The notes: generated by a model not told the origin, from the letters alone. 64,000 nt of DNA from Fistulifera solaris (GCA_030295235.1 AP026158.1:186001-250000), one strand, 5' to 3'. Counted from the stretch's first letter, positions 23,665 to 36,481 are shown. Translations and numbers: made by a program.

Positions 23665-24945
23665 TTATCGAAACCATCCATTGTTTGGAAATCCAGGGGG
23701 AAGAGAGAAGGCGCCGTTAACCTGTTGATTGATCCAAGCATCCCCTGCTGCTTCGTTTCTAAGAATTTCATCACCAATTTGTGACTGCTGTAAGATATTT
23801 TGTGCATTATTCGTAAGGAGACGCTGTGCCAGGCTATGAATTCTGTGTTGTTGCGGTAGCTGTTGTCCGGGATATCCGGTTCCTGCAAAATGCGAAAAAA
23901 GTGAGTGAAATGGATCACGACTTAGTTTTGGCAATTAGGAACTTACCCGTAATTGAAGATGCCAGCTGTTGCTGAAGCTGGAGTGACTGCTGATTGGCAA
24001 TTTGCTGCTCCAATCGAATTGTTTCCGAAAGGTTTTGTAATATCGCAGCATCAATGCTATGCGATGCTCCATACACACGATTTTGAAGGGCGCCAAGTAA
24101 GTCAGTATTTGATGACGAATAATTTCCTGCGCTGGAAAAGTAACTTATTCCTCCCTGATTTTGAATGTTCGCAAGCGATGCTAAGAGTGCAGACTGATCT
24201 GGCTTAATTGTGACATTGGCATTCGGGTCGATTGCAGTTACGTTCGAAGGAGGTAGATTGAGCGGATTAGCAGTGTCTTGCTTTTCCTCTGACACCGTTT
24301 TAGGTGCCGATGCTTTCGCTTCCTCCGCTTTCTTCTTTCTCCACACTACCGCATCCGTCTTGTACTTCGCGCGTAGCTCGGCCTCTTCTTGAATGTATTC
24401 CTGCTTCATTTCGGGCGAAATTTCTTTCCAAGCTTTTGAAAGCATCTTACTAAGATCGGCGTTCGTGGCGGTGGGATGTTCCCTTTCAATGAAGCGCGGC
24501 GTTTGTTGGAGAATGCCAAAAAGGCCGACATGGGTCGACGAGGGGCATTGGGGTCTTTGACTTTTGTTTTTGAAAGCTTACGCGCGTGATTGTAGATTTG
24601 CATTTCATGATCGTATCGCTCTTTGTCTATCCGCGACTTTTCATTCCATGCAGCCCTATCTACTTGGGACATTTCTCTCCACTCTGTAGAAACCATCTTA
24701 GCTATGTTGGTTGTCTATCCAACGCCGCAACACAACCGTGAAGAAAGGTGAGTATCCATAGATAAGACACTTCGTGTGATACAAATAGGGCTTACCTTCT
24801 CGGTCCTTCCTGCTCTTGCTAGTTCCTCTTTGATTTGCTTATGCCTCTGTGAAGAAAAGAAGATGAATGCGGTTTTGAATCTACGAGGCACCGTCAGCTC
24901 GCCCGCGACATCATGATGTGGCGTGATTTTACTGTTTGATGACAT
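23665..24945 (-). CDS. Two-HMG-box protein, paralog of 19376-20641
   Basis: PRRFKTAFIFFSS and KDPNAPRRPMSAFLAFSN; introns 24715-24795 (same position as in the paralog) and 23883-23946; frameshift near 24485. Confidence 0.88.
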
Positions 24946-25657
24946 TGCGCCGGTACGATTGGTCTACAATGCGATAGATGAAAGAGAAATGTCAGGAAGA
25001 GCAGAAGCGATTATAGGTTAAACAAGATTGATGGGTTTCCCACCATCGACAAAACCTTTCAGAGGCAACACTCGCTGTCGACTTTGAAGGATGATAGGAG
25101 AGAGATGGTCGATCGTTGATATAAAGAGTTGTTTTATGTGTGCGTTTTACGTTCGCATAAAATAAGAAAGCGTGGATGACGAACGATGGTGGTATGGTGC
25201 TCTTCGCATTGTGACCAAGACAACAACCGAAACATCGCTTCGTCGAGGTGTTCGCGTCGTCGTGGTAACAAAATACATCAAAAACAAGTGGGACACACGG
25301 AAGTGAGGCCTTTTATCGCAGTTCCCAACTTCGACCGATGACGATACTGGGATACTAAAGAGTGTTGGTAGAGTTTCGCTTCCAGCGGCCAATCAAATTG
25401 AGTATTGAAAAATGGATAAAACCACAGTAAAACAAATTTCCGTCCATCTCAAGTCTCAAGTCTCGAGACTCTCGAGAGTCGAGAGTATGATTCCGAGTAA
25501 AATTACTATAGATTGACCAGTACTCGCCGAACAGCGATCACCAAGAAAGTGACAGCTGACAAATTTGTTCGAGAACAAGATTTGCTACGGAGTAGTTTAT
25601 TGGACAGACTATCGTTCGTTATGTTGGTGGTGTCTGGCAGCGGCGTTAAAATTCTGC

Positions 25658-25705
25658 CTCGTCGTAGACGCTACGTAGAATCTCGTCGTAGACGCTACGT
25701 AGAAT
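25658..25705. repeat. Exact 24-bp tandem duplication (ctcgtcgtagacgctacgtagaat)x2
   Basis: Direct reading. Confidence 0.9.
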
Positions 25706-26764
25706 CTTGTACTGAGAGGCAGAATTTTAAGGTCCTTCCCTGATAAGCGCTTGACTGTATTTGAAGGAGAGCACGTGCACCTTAACAGTGTACCCTTTCC
25801 TCATTTATTTTTTTGACAACTGGAGAGTTCTTCACTATCCAACACATACATGCGTTTTTGCCTCGACGTCCCAAAAAGCTGCGTTGCCTCGCCAAATCAC
25901 CGCATTTATCATTCGTCTGCAATAAATCTTCAACTACAGAGTAAACAGCGGAAAAGTACGATGCTCACGCCCAAGAAACTAAATGACCTCAAACAGGTAA
26001 CTGGATAATCAGAAGTTGTAGTTTTTTAGTTTTGAAATTGTTCCTATCTTTAATGAAATCACGCCGCAATTCTTTTTATGGCTATACGTTGTACGTTGCG
26101 GGGTACCGGGTACCGGTACCAGTACAAGGTAGAGTGTACAGATTACAGATTACAGAGTACCTGGTAAACTAGGTACGATGAAAAATGAAGGAACCGTCAC
26201 GAACACGAACGAAGATCAGGAAGAAAATGTCATTACGCTTTTTGCCTCTGGCGTCAGGAGTCAGATGTCAGGCAGCGTTTCGTATCGCGAGTTCCTCGTC
26301 GCAAGAGGAAACAGGAACTACCAGGAAGAAGGAAGCTGGACAATAAAGATTGGGGAAGGACTTTTCAACGAGCACGAAAAAGGACCATTAAATTGATATC
26401 GCATCTGTTCCCTTTTTTTTGGGGTCAGTGTTGATCTTTCGATCAACAAACAACATATTCGACATTTAATTCCCTAATTTCCTAAGTCGGTGTTGATAGT
26501 TGATTTTTTGGTTGATTTGTATCCGTATCATCGTCTTGTTATTATTCATAGTCGCCTTGCTACCTGGTATCGTCAACATCGCCAATCGTCGATCGTCAGT
26601 CATCAACATTTTGGTTACCGGGCTCCGGGTTGGAGCTCCAAGGGTGCAACGTCCCAAACGACTCCAAACCAGACGTCCATTCTAGAAGGCTCTCTACTTT
26701 GTACTCAAGAGTCTCGGAAACTGAACGAAGTACGAGCTGCTTAAACAACTGCACAATTACCGCT

Positions 26765-26815
26765 GTTCTCTGTTTTACTCACTCAAATTTTTTTTGAGTG
26801 AGTAAAACAGAGAAC
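26765..26815. repeat. Perfect 23-bp inverted repeat with 5-T loop
   Basis: gttctctgttttactcactcaaa-ttttt-tttgagtgagtaaaacagagaac. Confidence 0.95.
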
Positions 26816-27180
26816 TTATTTCCGACTTTAAACAAGAGATGTGGCATTTGGCATTTGGCATCTGACCCAATCTTATTTGAAATGTTGTTTCTGTACATTC
26901 TTCAATTCTTTGTTAGAAACGTCGGAAGCTGAGTTGTTTCAGTTCTAAGTGTCAACCATAAGTAGAAAAGGCCTTGTGCCTTGGGCTTTCGGTGAAACTG
27001 TTCTAACCTCTTATCCTTATCTTTAACGAAAATCTCCTTTAAAGTACGGATCACGGATTACCTATTTCTAGCTAGTTCAAAGAGTCTAGAGAGCTAGTCT
27101 TAAACTTTAATCACAAGACAGTGTTGCGAAGAAAGATGGGCAGAAGACAGAATACTTATAGACAACAATTTGAATTATAC

Positions 27181-28891
27181 TTAATTCAGTAATAGCGTCC
27201 AATGAATCAGCAACACCTGACAGGCAGCAACTAGAAAGATATTTGTGAACCGTGGTGTAGCCGTTGACGGAGCATTTGTCGCTGGTAGTTCTGTTGAAGT
27301 AGGATAAGGTTCTTTCTCTGGGACGAGATTGTATCCATTTGAAGCGTTAGTTTTCAAAGAAGGTTGGCAATAAACACACATCCGCCGAACTCACAAAGAC
27401 CTACGTACCCTGTGGAGTGGTTGCACTCCCATATTCAATGAGAACAATTTTGGATCCTCCATAATTGTTGATATCGTGTGATCCGTCGCTGGAGACAAGC
27501 AAGCGACCACACGCATCAAAATCGACATCGACCGGACGAAACCCATCCGGCCAATGTGCTTCCAGACTATGAGATAGTAAATCTACCGGCGCTTCCCCCA
27601 TCACGTCACCGTTTTCATCCATCTCAATATAGATGACACTATAACCGACAGGCACATCACGATTCCAACTACCATGCATGGCAATAAAGGCGTATCCGTC
27701 CATTTCTTTGGGAAAGGCTACATTAGGAGGGCAATCGGACGGCGTTTCCTCATTATATTGGTAAAACGTAATTCCCAACGGTGCAGTATGGGCCTGCATG
27801 GAGAGTTGCGACGTCATGTAATCCGTACGACACTCTTCGTCCGTCACCGTGTCAAGAAAGGTTGGCCAAACCCAAACGGTATCTCGACCCATTCCTGGTG
27901 GTTGAGGCAAGCTGAATTCTGTCCAACAGTAAGGGTAGCCCCAATGTTTGCCGGCATCTTCTTCTTTGAATCGGTTCAATTCCTCGGCCTAATGATGATC
28001 TTACTCGTGAGTGGCAAGATACTCTTTTAGCTGACTAATTTGAGAGCATCCTCTGAACAATTTGATTTTCGACTAAAATCAGCACTACTCACCGGATTGT
28101 CATTGTGAATGTCACCCCCGAGATCATCCCGTATCAGATTGTCTGCACTATTCTCGACGCCCCACAATACCCCAAAACGATCAAACGCTAAACCGACCTC
28201 ATTCCGTAGTCCGTCCGCAAAGACTTCACCTGTTGTAAAATTCAAAGGGAATTGATCGGCATTCGTTACATTGAATCGCCGAATCCGTGATCGAAAGGAA
28301 TCGTTATCAATATTCTTGTTCGAACCGACCGAGACGTACAGACGACCTGCCGCATCGAACGCCAGTGTCCGTGTCGTATGACCGTAGGGCGCGCCTCCAT
28401 TTCCGTCGGAATTGATAGAATGAATGACTTCTTCACCTTCCACCTGATTGACTTGCTCGGCGCCGCTGGTATAGGGCCATCGATACACGATTTTATCATT
28501 ACTAGCGTACAAATACCCATCGTGGATCGCGATACCGTGATTCAATTCCGTTGCTGTCACCAAGGTTGATCGAGAATCCACGATTCCGTCACCATCGCTA
28601 TCAAAAACGCGAATCACGCTGGCGGATCCGCGTTCCACCGCCAAAAAGTCGGATGTTCCCAAGGATCGGATGCTCCGTGCTTGATCGATGACGACCGGTA
28701 GCGCATACGCACAAAATCCGGACGGTACAACAGCTTCCTCGAGTGATGGTAACCGTGAGCACATATTCTTTGATTATTTCTGTGTGATGCGTCTTTTCTG
28801 TGCGTCGAGAGCACGTGTTGCAACAAAGAAAATGATAGTGCCAGGAAAATAGTGAGGTGTTTTCGCGGCGGATGTTTATTCGCGATGCCAT
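27181..28891 (-). CDS. PQQ-dependent glucose/sorbosone dehydrogenase-like protein, secreted with GPI-like tail
   Basis: GHTTRTL, LYVSVGS, GLRNEVGLAF, LWGVENSAD, NDNPAEELN, GYPYC, AHTAPLG, HGSWNR, RPVDV. Introns 27989-28092 and 27318-27408. Start position uncertain because of a frameshift in the signal region. Confidence 0.85.
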
Positions 28892-29219
28892 GTGACGTCG
28901 CATTGCCTACAAACATCGCGCGATCTTTTTTTCGCGCTCAAAGATCTCGTATCCCTAATCCTATCAGTCTTGGTTTCTCCTTCCTTACCGAAGAGAAAAC
29001 GATAGATTGAGGCGTATGAGCATCACAAATAACATGGCTCCTCTTCTATCTTGTTTATATTACTCAATGAGGTGTGTGGTTGATAATTCTTGAATAAGAC
29101 GAACCCGCCATATATATAGAAGAAAGATGATAACATGTCGATGAGAACAATTCTTTCTTCCTTTCTCGCAGGCCGTGCAACGATACTATCTATATACTTT
29201 GCTCCCAGGCCAATCTACA

Positions 29220-29738
29220 CTATAATTCCCACTCAAACCGAATCTCTTGTAATAGTTTGTTTTTTCTTTGCCAAATCATTGGACTGCTCTCTCCGAAGCT
29301 CTCTCCGACAGGAATAGGGGTATTCGCCATATCCCACAAGGTCACTTCTTCTCGGATTAATTCGTCACGGTCCATCGACAAGGCAACAAAATCTTTTGTA
29401 TCATCTTCCATCGACCAAGCCCAACTAGTCATCACATCGTTATGAGGCTGTACGGATACTTGTATTGACATGAGAAACGATTCGTCGTCGTCGTCGTCGT
29501 CGTCGATATTTTCCGTCAAATACCGTTCGATCAAATGACACCGCCGTGCCGTTTGTTGCAAACGATCTTTCCATGCATTGGACGGTCCCAACACTGTCAT
29601 GAGAATACTACACACCAAGCGGAGGGACCGAACGTCGGACGACGATGAAGATGACGATGACAACAAGGCCACCAACGTATCGTAACAGTCGCGCAATTGC
29701 TGTAACGAGATGGGATTCGGAATACTCATACAATCCAA
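29220..29738 (-). CDS. Hypothetical protein
   Basis: 172-aa ATG ORF with poly-S/poly-D; no recognisable motif. Confidence 0.4.
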   Translation of the reverse strand: MDCMSIPNPISLQQLRDCYDTLVALLSSSSSSSSDVRSLRLVCSILMTVLGPSNAWKDRLQQTARRCHLIERYLTENIDDDDDDDESFLMSIQVSVQPHNDVMTSWAWSMEDDTKDFVALSMDRDELIREEVTLWDMANTPIPVGESFGESSPMIWQRKNKLLQEIRFEWEL

Positions 29739-30177
29739 TATTTTATGTAAGTCGTTGGAATGCTACAATGAAGAGAAACAATGATAAGAGAGACGTCATG
29801 AATCCTTTTTCCTATTTTTTTTTTATTTGTTTGTTGGTGTTTTGTTCACTATGAAAAAAACGACGAGAACGAGAGAAATGCTGGAATCATCATAATTGCG
29901 CGGGTCGCGAGGAGTCGCGAGTGGATGTCAGATGATTCAATTATCGCGGTGCGACTTTGTGCCCCTGTGTAGAACCAGGCAGGTCTTTTCTTTCGCCTTT
30001 GCGACACGCAACGAAAAATAATAATTACGACGACGTACTTGTACCAGGTATAGAGAGACCTGATGGTAATTTATTTGGTAGCGTTGCCCTTCCCATTATT
30101 TCGTATATACTAGAGCTCTAGAAGAAAAGAAAGGCCGAAAGCACGGAAAGAGGACGGGAAATGCTATTGAAAGAACA

Positions 30178-31277
30178 ATGGGGATAATGTCAGCAACCAT
30201 GCGAACGATGCGTCTCGAATTTCGTCTTGCAGTCTTCTTCGGACTTTTATGTTACAGTCAATCCTTTCTTTTCCAATCACTCGAAAGGATGTAGCAGTAC
30301 AACAAAGAATATTCGCTCAGAAGGCAACAACGGAGAACGAAGTGGCTTTACGTACTTATTCCTACAAGTTCAAGGACTACAATGTTACCTATCGCTACAA
30401 ACCTCCTGCACCAGGACATGAACGGGATGCACCTTTGTTGTTGATACATCCGGTCGGAATTGGGTTGTCGTCATGGTTCTGGGAGAATTTTATGGACGCT
30501 TGGGAGTACGGAGGACCCGTCTATGCGCCCGATTTGTGGGGCTGTGGAAAGGTGGAAGACGATGATCATCTACGTCAGATGCCGTCGTCCTCGTTTCCAG
30601 ATCGTTGGGTGGACGCTTGTGAGAATATGCTATCACTGTCTGTGGACTCGAGCACCCCAAAGAAGTCACTATTCCCGTTTGTCGGAAAATCATGGAGTAG
30701 CTCTTCCACCACGAGTCGTTGGGTTATTGTGGCACAAGGTGGCTTGGCGCCCATTGGTGTTCGCGTGGTGCATCGAAATCTATCGCAAATCTCGCATTTG
30801 ATTCTGACGTCCCCACCGACGTGGTCGGACATGACGACAACGGTTCCTCGAAAGGATTTACAGCGCAATGATCAATTTTTGCGATCTCCCGTGTGGGGAT
30901 CTTTGGCCTTTCGCTTGTTGGAGACTCGCTGGGCGGTGTCTTTCTTTTCGAATTTGTTCTTATTTGCTAGTAACAATGTCAACGATACTACCAGGTGGCT
31001 GGATTGTGTGCAAGCCGGTGTCGGTCCAGCGCAACGATATGCTGTCATGGCATTCAATGCCGGATTTTGTCAACAAACGTCGAATGAAAAGGAGCTGACG
31101 GAATTACCACAGCCAACTCTGATTTTACAAGGCGATGAAGACAAGTCGCGGAATCGAGATGAGTATGTGCAAAAGATGAAAGACTGTCGAATACAAACAA
31201 TAACGGGAAAGAATGTGCTTCCTTGGGAAAGTCCAGATACCGTCTGCCGAGCAATTCGAGAATTCTTAGTCAAGTGA
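30178..31277 (+). CDS. Alpha/beta-hydrolase fold protein, probably plastid-targeted and probably non-catalytic
   Basis: Signal ..LAVFFGLLCYSQS-FLF with a frameshift near 30270 into ORF 30249-31277; LLLIHPVGIG, VYAPDLWGCG, PTLILQG, LPWESP. Confidence 0.75.
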
Positions 31278-31773
31278 GAAGATTACTTGGCGCCATGAGA
31301 CAAACTCTTGATTGGAACATGCAATTTGTCGGAAAAATCGAACTTCCGGAGAGAGAGAAATGAACATATCCGCGATGTTCACGAATCGATCGCATTTCAC
31401 TTTTATGTTTGATTTTGATGTTTCAACCCATTCTAACTGATACCATTCTGGTCTACAATTCTTGAGTCCTATCCTATCCTTTAGCTCTAGGCTTGAACGA
31501 CTGCAATACTGGTCAAGAGTAACGTTTTAGTCCTAAGTTAGTCATGACTATAGCACAAAATGTGCTAAGTTTCTCTTCTAAATTTTGGAAACCGAGGAAA
31601 ACGAAAAACGCGATGACCATGACTGCGCCCAAATGCGAATGCGACGATGACACCTTTTGCCTCGCGACGATGTCATCATAGTTGCGTCATTATTGAATAC
31701 AAACAGCGAGCTGTAAGTTGCTGAATCTACTGGTAGTTCGTATTGATTTCGTGTTCATAGTTTGTGCTAAAAC

Positions 31774-33270
31774 ATGGAGAAAAGGACAGAAGACGATTTC
31801 CTCGAATTGATCCCCAAAAGACGATTGTCGTATCGACAATTTGCATTAAAACCCCGCAAATGGAGAAACAAGAATATGCCGATGTATCGCTTCCGACGAG
31901 ATCCGAGCCATCTGAACGAAATTGACTGGGAAAAGTACCACAACACTTTTCTATGGCGCGACAACAAAACGATCATTCACATGAGTGAATCCGGTGAATT
32001 CTTCATAGTACCGCAGAAACGTGTCAGTTTCTATATTCTCCGCCAAGACAAGGAAATGCTACGATGCGCTGTTTATGGGAAAACGGATGCTGCTATTGCT
32101 GAAACAATCAGCTTTCTTTGGTCATTGAGAGCCGAAGTCGGCGGACAACATAGGCAGGTCAACTCATTGCTCATCGACTTTGTAGTCGATTTTGACGTTA
32201 CTGTCCTGACGGCGGAGCAATTAGCTCAAATATTAGATTCGAATCCCACACGGGAATATTATCTTGCAGGAGGAGTTTGGAGTACACAACAAGCCGTGAT
32301 TATGGCGACAAGGCCATATTTATTAGATTTAAAGCTTGGAGGGGAACCCTTTGCTTTTGAAGACGATGGGGCGGCGTTCGTGGATGCCCTGGAAAAACGT
32401 CAAATGCCTTTTGGATCACTATGGATTACTCTTAACAGGAATGAAAGAGGTTTTAGTCGGGCTACCATGGAGCGTCTGTTGAAATTGAAATTGGAGATTT
32501 TGGAAAGCATAAACGTTACTTCTAGGTACGAGGGTCGCTTCCTTGAGCCGCTCACCGCCAAGGTCAAGGCTTTGGAATATATTATTGACGGGCGGTATTA
32601 TCGGCCAGAAGATTTTGAGTCGATTGAAATTTCTGCGAAAGATTTGAACCTTACATGGTACTTGGATGAAACAGGCAACTACAATGGCCTCCTCATCTTC
32701 TTCTTGAACCGTGTTGCCGAGCTGGGGTACTTGGAAAGATTAAATCTTTCAACATCCAGGAGCCAGCGGGCCCTTGATAACGAGTTTCCCGATATGAGCG
32801 AGTTTCCAGCCATCACGAAGGCATTGGTCGACGCGATAGCCGGAAACCAAAAGTTGACTCACCTGAATTTGCAGGACACTTATTTCATGTGTTACTATCC
32901 CCCCTCATTTAAATTTCCAGGACATATTCAGGGTAATCGAAAACCACGGAAGTCTGCGATCGTTTACAATCTCTAGATACCCACGGGCGGATCCCAATTA
33001 TTCTTGGCTGAAGCAGCTGCTCTCGAGGAATCGGTATATCACCGTTTTTGATAGTTGTGGTACTAGGTGCTCCGATGGGTCAAGTGTCGATCAGATATAT
33101 GCTCTGAATTACTTTTTCTGTGGCTCAGCCGAGTTGATGAAGGTTTTCTCCATCATTGCGACCCACACTGTTAGCAACGGCCCTCATGGAAAGCGCATCA
33201 GAAAAGTATCAGTATGCAGCTCTTTGCTATCGGACCACACTGACGTCTTGTGTGAATGTCTGCAAGAATA
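31774..33270 (+). CDS. Lineage-expanded hypothetical family with LRR/RNI-like C-terminus (copy 1, 3' part frameshifted)
   Basis: 400-aa ORF (LELIP..PMYR..IDW.KY..WRDN..AIAET..LDSNPTR..FEDDGAAFVDALEKR..LTHLNL); homologous to 33716-35320. Confidence 0.7.
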
Positions 33271-33715
33271 TTAGTTGGCACGGGCACAATGGTTGTCACG
33301 ATACTATATACAACAGTAGTTTATTGTAAATAATCCGTAATCTTGAATAGTTAGGGGTTTTAGAGCACTTGTTCGTTGCATAATGCAGAGACAAGACCGT
33401 AGGTAGAGCTTTACTCTTATCGACTTGCGAAAAGTTTGGTTGAGTCGCTCCTCTCATCCATTTTCTTAACAACGGAAGCAACAAGGATGTAATGTCATTC
33501 AACGTCTGACTTTTTCGTCGGACTGAAGGGGGACTTCAGTCGTACATTCGTACTGGTATTCTAATGATACAAGCGAACGTGAAAAGAGAATGATAGAAGG
33601 AAATAATTAGTACGAAAGACTAAAACGTGTTATTTACCACGTAGACTCACCACAATCCTTGCGTAAAATAAACGGGCTTTACTTTCTTATCTTTCTACGA
33701 GAAATCACAAACAAG

Positions 33716-35320
33716 ATGGAGAAGGAAGATGATTTGCTGGAGCTTATACCAAGGGAACGGCTGTTGCCTGAGCAGTTGGCAGCTATTCCGAGATTGTGGA
33801 GACGGCCCTCGGAGATGCCCATCTACCGGTTGCGTCGAGAATTGCGCAGTTTAGATGAAGTGAACTGGAAAAGGTACTTTGTATGAAACGTCGTTTATTT
33901 GGCGAGACAATCGGACACTGATTTGTATTGGCGAAGATGGGCTTTTACGACTTGACAACAAATATATAAGGTTCGGAATTTCTCATGGCGATGGGGGTTT
34001 ACTAGATGGAGCAGTTTACGGGGAAAATGACACTGCGATAGCGGAGACAGCCACCTTTTGTAGTCGCTAAAAGCTCCAGAAAAGAAGAACGCCCGGTATA
34101 GAAGTCACTCACTATCGATCAAGGAATTGCGCGACTTTAAATTTTCCTCTTTGCAAGCAAAACAGTTGGCTAGCATAATGGATGCGAATCCCACACGAAA
34201 TTTTTATTTCGGGGCAGGAATCTGGACTGTGAAGCAGGCTAGGATATTGGCATCAAGGCCTAGTCAAGTGAAAATGACGTTTGCAGGAAACGAGTTTGGA
34301 CGGTGTAGTTTTGCTTTTCGCGACGGTGGAAGGGAATTTGTGAACGCGCTAGAAAAACGAAAATCCGCCTTTGGTACGCTCAATATTACTTTGAAAAGCT
34401 TGAGAGGGCATTTAAATGTGACAGCTTAAAACGTCTGTTAAAACTTGACGTATTTGAAAACCTAAAACTTCATTCCTTGGACAAAAAGGAATGTGCGATC
34501 CTTCCATTTTCTGCCCAAGTGAATGGTTTAAACTACCAAGCTGGCGCTCATCTCTTTGAGCCAGAAGACTTCGAATTTGTTAATATTATTGCAAAGGATC
34601 TGAATCTGCGATTGATTTTGGATAACTCGAACAACTTCAACGAAATCGTAAATTCGTTCCTGGACCGAGTCGCCGCTTCGGGAAAGGTTGAGAGATTGAC
34701 TCTCGCAACCCACTACATTGAATTTCCCAGTGACTCTTTTCCATATCGTGAAATTGACGATTTGACACCTTTTACAAGGGCACTGGTCAGTGCAATCATC
34801 AACAATCCGATGTTATCGTACTTGGATCTCAGTAGCATGTACTGGTACATGGATTGGTCGCCCCATGTGAAAGATATATTCGAGGCGTTGGAAACTCATG
34901 AAGGAATACAGACATTAAAGAAATCGTAAAATTGCTGTTCTTGGTGACTGGAATCAAAGACACTCCGATGGGTCAAGTGTCGATAAGCTTTATGCCTTGA
35001 ACCGCTTGTATTGCGGATCCGCAGAGGTGAAACAGGAAACCACTCCGCTGCGACCCCTACTTGTTGTAACAATATTGATCGAGAAGACTTTGCGAAACGT
35101 TCAGCATATTTCTTTGCTGCTAACGGATCACAGTGATATCTTGTGTGAGTTCATGAATGGTGTGCATATCGAGGCTTTGGATGCGGTAGCATCAGTTCCA
35201 AAGGAGATTTTGTCGCCGGCGACTGCTCCTACCGAGTCGAAACACCACGGTACCTTCAAGCGTAGTTCCATGACGCCGTCATCTCGAGCAACCAAGAGGT
35301 CAGCACGCGGCACTTATTGA
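33716..35320 (+). pseudogene. Second copy of the same expanded family, fragmented
   Basis: Collinear fragments in ORFs 33659, 33879, 34127, 34477 and 34997; at least four frame breaks and an apparent deletion near 34925. Confidence 0.65.
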
Positions 35321-36110
35321 CCATGCCGATTCGTTGGGCAATGCCGGATGCTATGGTGATGGGGACTTGCAGTGGATGACAGCCGGGAAGGGTTGTGTGC
35401 ACAATGAAATGTTTCCCTTGATTCGCACGAAAAACGACAATCCGACCCGCTTCTTTCAAATTTGGTTAAATTTGCCGTCCAAGAATAAAATGGCCGAACC
35501 GGAGTTTAAAATGTTCTGGAATCACGAAATTCCGGTATATGAGTCGGCCGATCAAAACACGAAAGTAGCGTTGTGGGCGGGGAATGCCTTGTTACCAGAA
35601 GGTCGAGTCAACAATGCCCCACCGGCCTCGTCTTGGGCGGCCGATGAAGCAAATGATGTGGCCATATGGCATATTACGATGCAGCCGGGGGCCACGTGGA
35701 CGCTCCCGGCTGCCACCAACAGTAAAGTGAACCGTCAGTTGTTTTATTTGGAAGGTGAGACTCAAGTCATGAAAGTGGGTGGACAATCGATCTCCAAACG
35801 TACCGTGCATCCATTACAAGCCAATATGGAAATCGAATTGCAACTTGACGAAACGGCTACCGGTGCCGGTGAATTTCTTTTGCTGCAAGGCAAACCTATT
35901 GATGAATCGGTAGCACAATATGGGCCATTTGTTATGAATACAGCACAGGAAGTACAACAGGCGTCTACGGATTATTCCAAAACACGATTTGGAGGCTGGC
36001 CGTGGCCACGAGATGACATTGTGTTTGATCGTGAGCAAAGTCGATTTGGGCAATTCGGTAAGGACAGCAAGAAGGAAGCACCATCGAATGCGGCTTGCTT
36101 AGCGGATTAA
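35313..36110 (+). pseudogene. Pirin-family cupin lacking its N-terminus
   Basis: LIDHADSLGNAGCYGDGDLQWMTAGKGCVHNEMFP, FQIWLNLP, GPFVMN, FGGWPW. The HPHRG-E segment and start codon are absent, and an in-frame TGA lies just upstream. Confidence 0.8.
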
Positions 36111-36481
36111 GTAGTTCAACTAAAAACATTCTCTGCATACAATTTTTTGATTGTGATCGTCAATCATTCCTGTTCTAATTCGTTCACGAGCGTCTATGAC
36201 GTCACTTACACGATTAGAACATCCTGCAAAAACTGATGCGACGCGACTTTTTTTTTCATTTTTTCGTTTTGCGGTCCTCGTGTGTTATTCTGTTTTACAA
36301 CTTGCGTGCAGCTCCTTCATTATGATCGTTTTCCAGCAAATCTTTTTAAAAGAAATGCGACGACGGATAGGGCCGCGCGGCCTTACGTTTAGCGATCGCC
36401 CAAGACGACATGTGACACAGAGTAGCCGCACGACACACGAGGGAAACCCAGCACAAAACAAAGCGTCCTTTTCTCCCAAGA

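Noticed and set aside
25658..25705. 24-bp direct repeat as CRISPR
   Set aside because: Two adjacent copies with no spacer, eukaryotic context and no cas genes
26429..26630. TGTTGAT...ATCAACA ends followed by ttttggtt, resembling an LTR plus primer-binding site
   Set aside because: No second LTR, TSD, polypurine tract, tRNA-matching PBS or gag/pol sequence
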